The notes under the pieces: generated by a model
The model's input: the letters and a program-made list of their open reading frames with translations, nothing else
Told to the model about the DNA's origin: nothing
Database searches by the model: none
In this document: piece by piece, positions 7,071 to 7,508 of the stretch
Numbering within the stretch: the stretch's first letter is position 1
Layout of the letters: each line of letters begins with the position of its first letter
NCBI GenBank assembly: GCA_033442325.1
Contig: JAWQFM010000027.1
Location: 743,092 to 750,599, forward strand
Direction: 5' to 3'
Length of the DNA stretch: 7,508 nt
Source: Salpingoeca rosetta
Lineage: Eukaryota > Protista > Choanoflagellata
Made by a program: the position numbers and the translations under genes

Positions 7071-7508
7071 AATCCACGCGTGCTCAGTAGAGCTTACCTG
7101 GAGAAGGCAGGCCTGGTTGGTTGGTTGCTGCATTCCTGCTCAATAGCCCGTGGTCTACTCTCAGCGACTTATTGCAAACGCACAATTCAAGACTGTGAGG
7201 CAGTGCACAGCACACACTGCAAGCCGCTGCATAAGCGTTGTGGATACGTTAGGCCGTGTGTGAGGAGCGGAATTCATACGGCACCAGCAAAGGGTTGGAA
7301 GCAGAAACCCCCTTGCATCATCATCGCCAAACTGCGTGTACCAAAGACAACAGCAAAACCTTGCCTTGCTTTGCCTGCTGGAGCGCATGTGAAGGCTTGC
7401 GTAGGACAACAACCACCTTATATGAAGTGCACAAACCGAGAGTGACTATCGCGCCGACTCGGGTAGTCAAAAGCCGAAATCTATATCTTGATCCACCCTA
7501 TATTCTTC

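Larger units (their letters stand above)
2307..7133 (-). pseudogene. Probable pseudogene, 8 exons: complement(join(2307..2968,3280..4041,4289..5054,5283..5309,5623..5911,6272..6487,6649..6806,7098..7133)); about 971-aa low-complexity polyQ protein with 24 internal stops
   Basis: Minus-strand donors: CAG|GTAAGC 7098, CAA|GTCAGT 6649, CAG|GTGAGT 6272, GAG|GTGAGG 5623, AAG|GTTCGA 5283, GAC|GTGAGT 4289, CAG|GTGAGG 3280. AG acceptors precede 6806, 6487, 5911, 5309, 5054, 4041 and 2968. Total 2916 nt = 972 codons. The frame from ATG 7133 puts all four CAG/CAA tracts in Gln frame and runs into the open 220-codon last exon. Stops counted by hand: 21 TGA, 2 TAG, 1 TAA. The 5'-half frame and the true 3' end are uncertain. 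Confidence 0.62.

Noticed and set aside
6894-7445. 183-aa + ORF and 83-aa - ORF (7161..7412)
   Set aside because: The + ORF spans a CA repeat, neither shows a recognisable motif or supporting splice structure, and the region is more simply the upstream sequence of the - gene.
7436-7468. Short hairpins (CCGAG...CTCGG; GACTA...TAGTC)
   Set aside because: The stems of 5-7 bp are within chance expectation, and there is no tRNA or terminal-inverted-repeat context.

Overview
Eukaryotic, intron-rich genomic DNA with (CA)n/(GT)n-filled GT-AG introns and polyQ/polyP low-complexity exons. The style resembles choanoflagellates such as Salpingoeca; this is inferred from sequence style only. Most ORFs in the supplied track are microsatellite or antisense artefacts. 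Manual splicing gives two convergent units. (1) An intact 4-exon + strand gene, join(184..260,472..574,914..1756,2004..2453), encodes a 490-aa, largely disordered protein with an acidic Ser/Asp tract, a Lys/Arg tract and Met/Pro repeats. (2) An 8-exon - strand gene model from ATG 7133 to 2307 has canonical splice sites and needs no net frameshift (972 codons), yet carries 24 internal stops, 21 of them TGA. It also has many Trp/Cys codons in Arg-like contexts. This pattern fits targeted C->T (CpG->TpG) hypermutation of a gene copy (methylation-deamination or RIP-like), or less likely U-to-C editing or UGA recoding. The reading frame of the 5' half of unit 2 is ambiguous.
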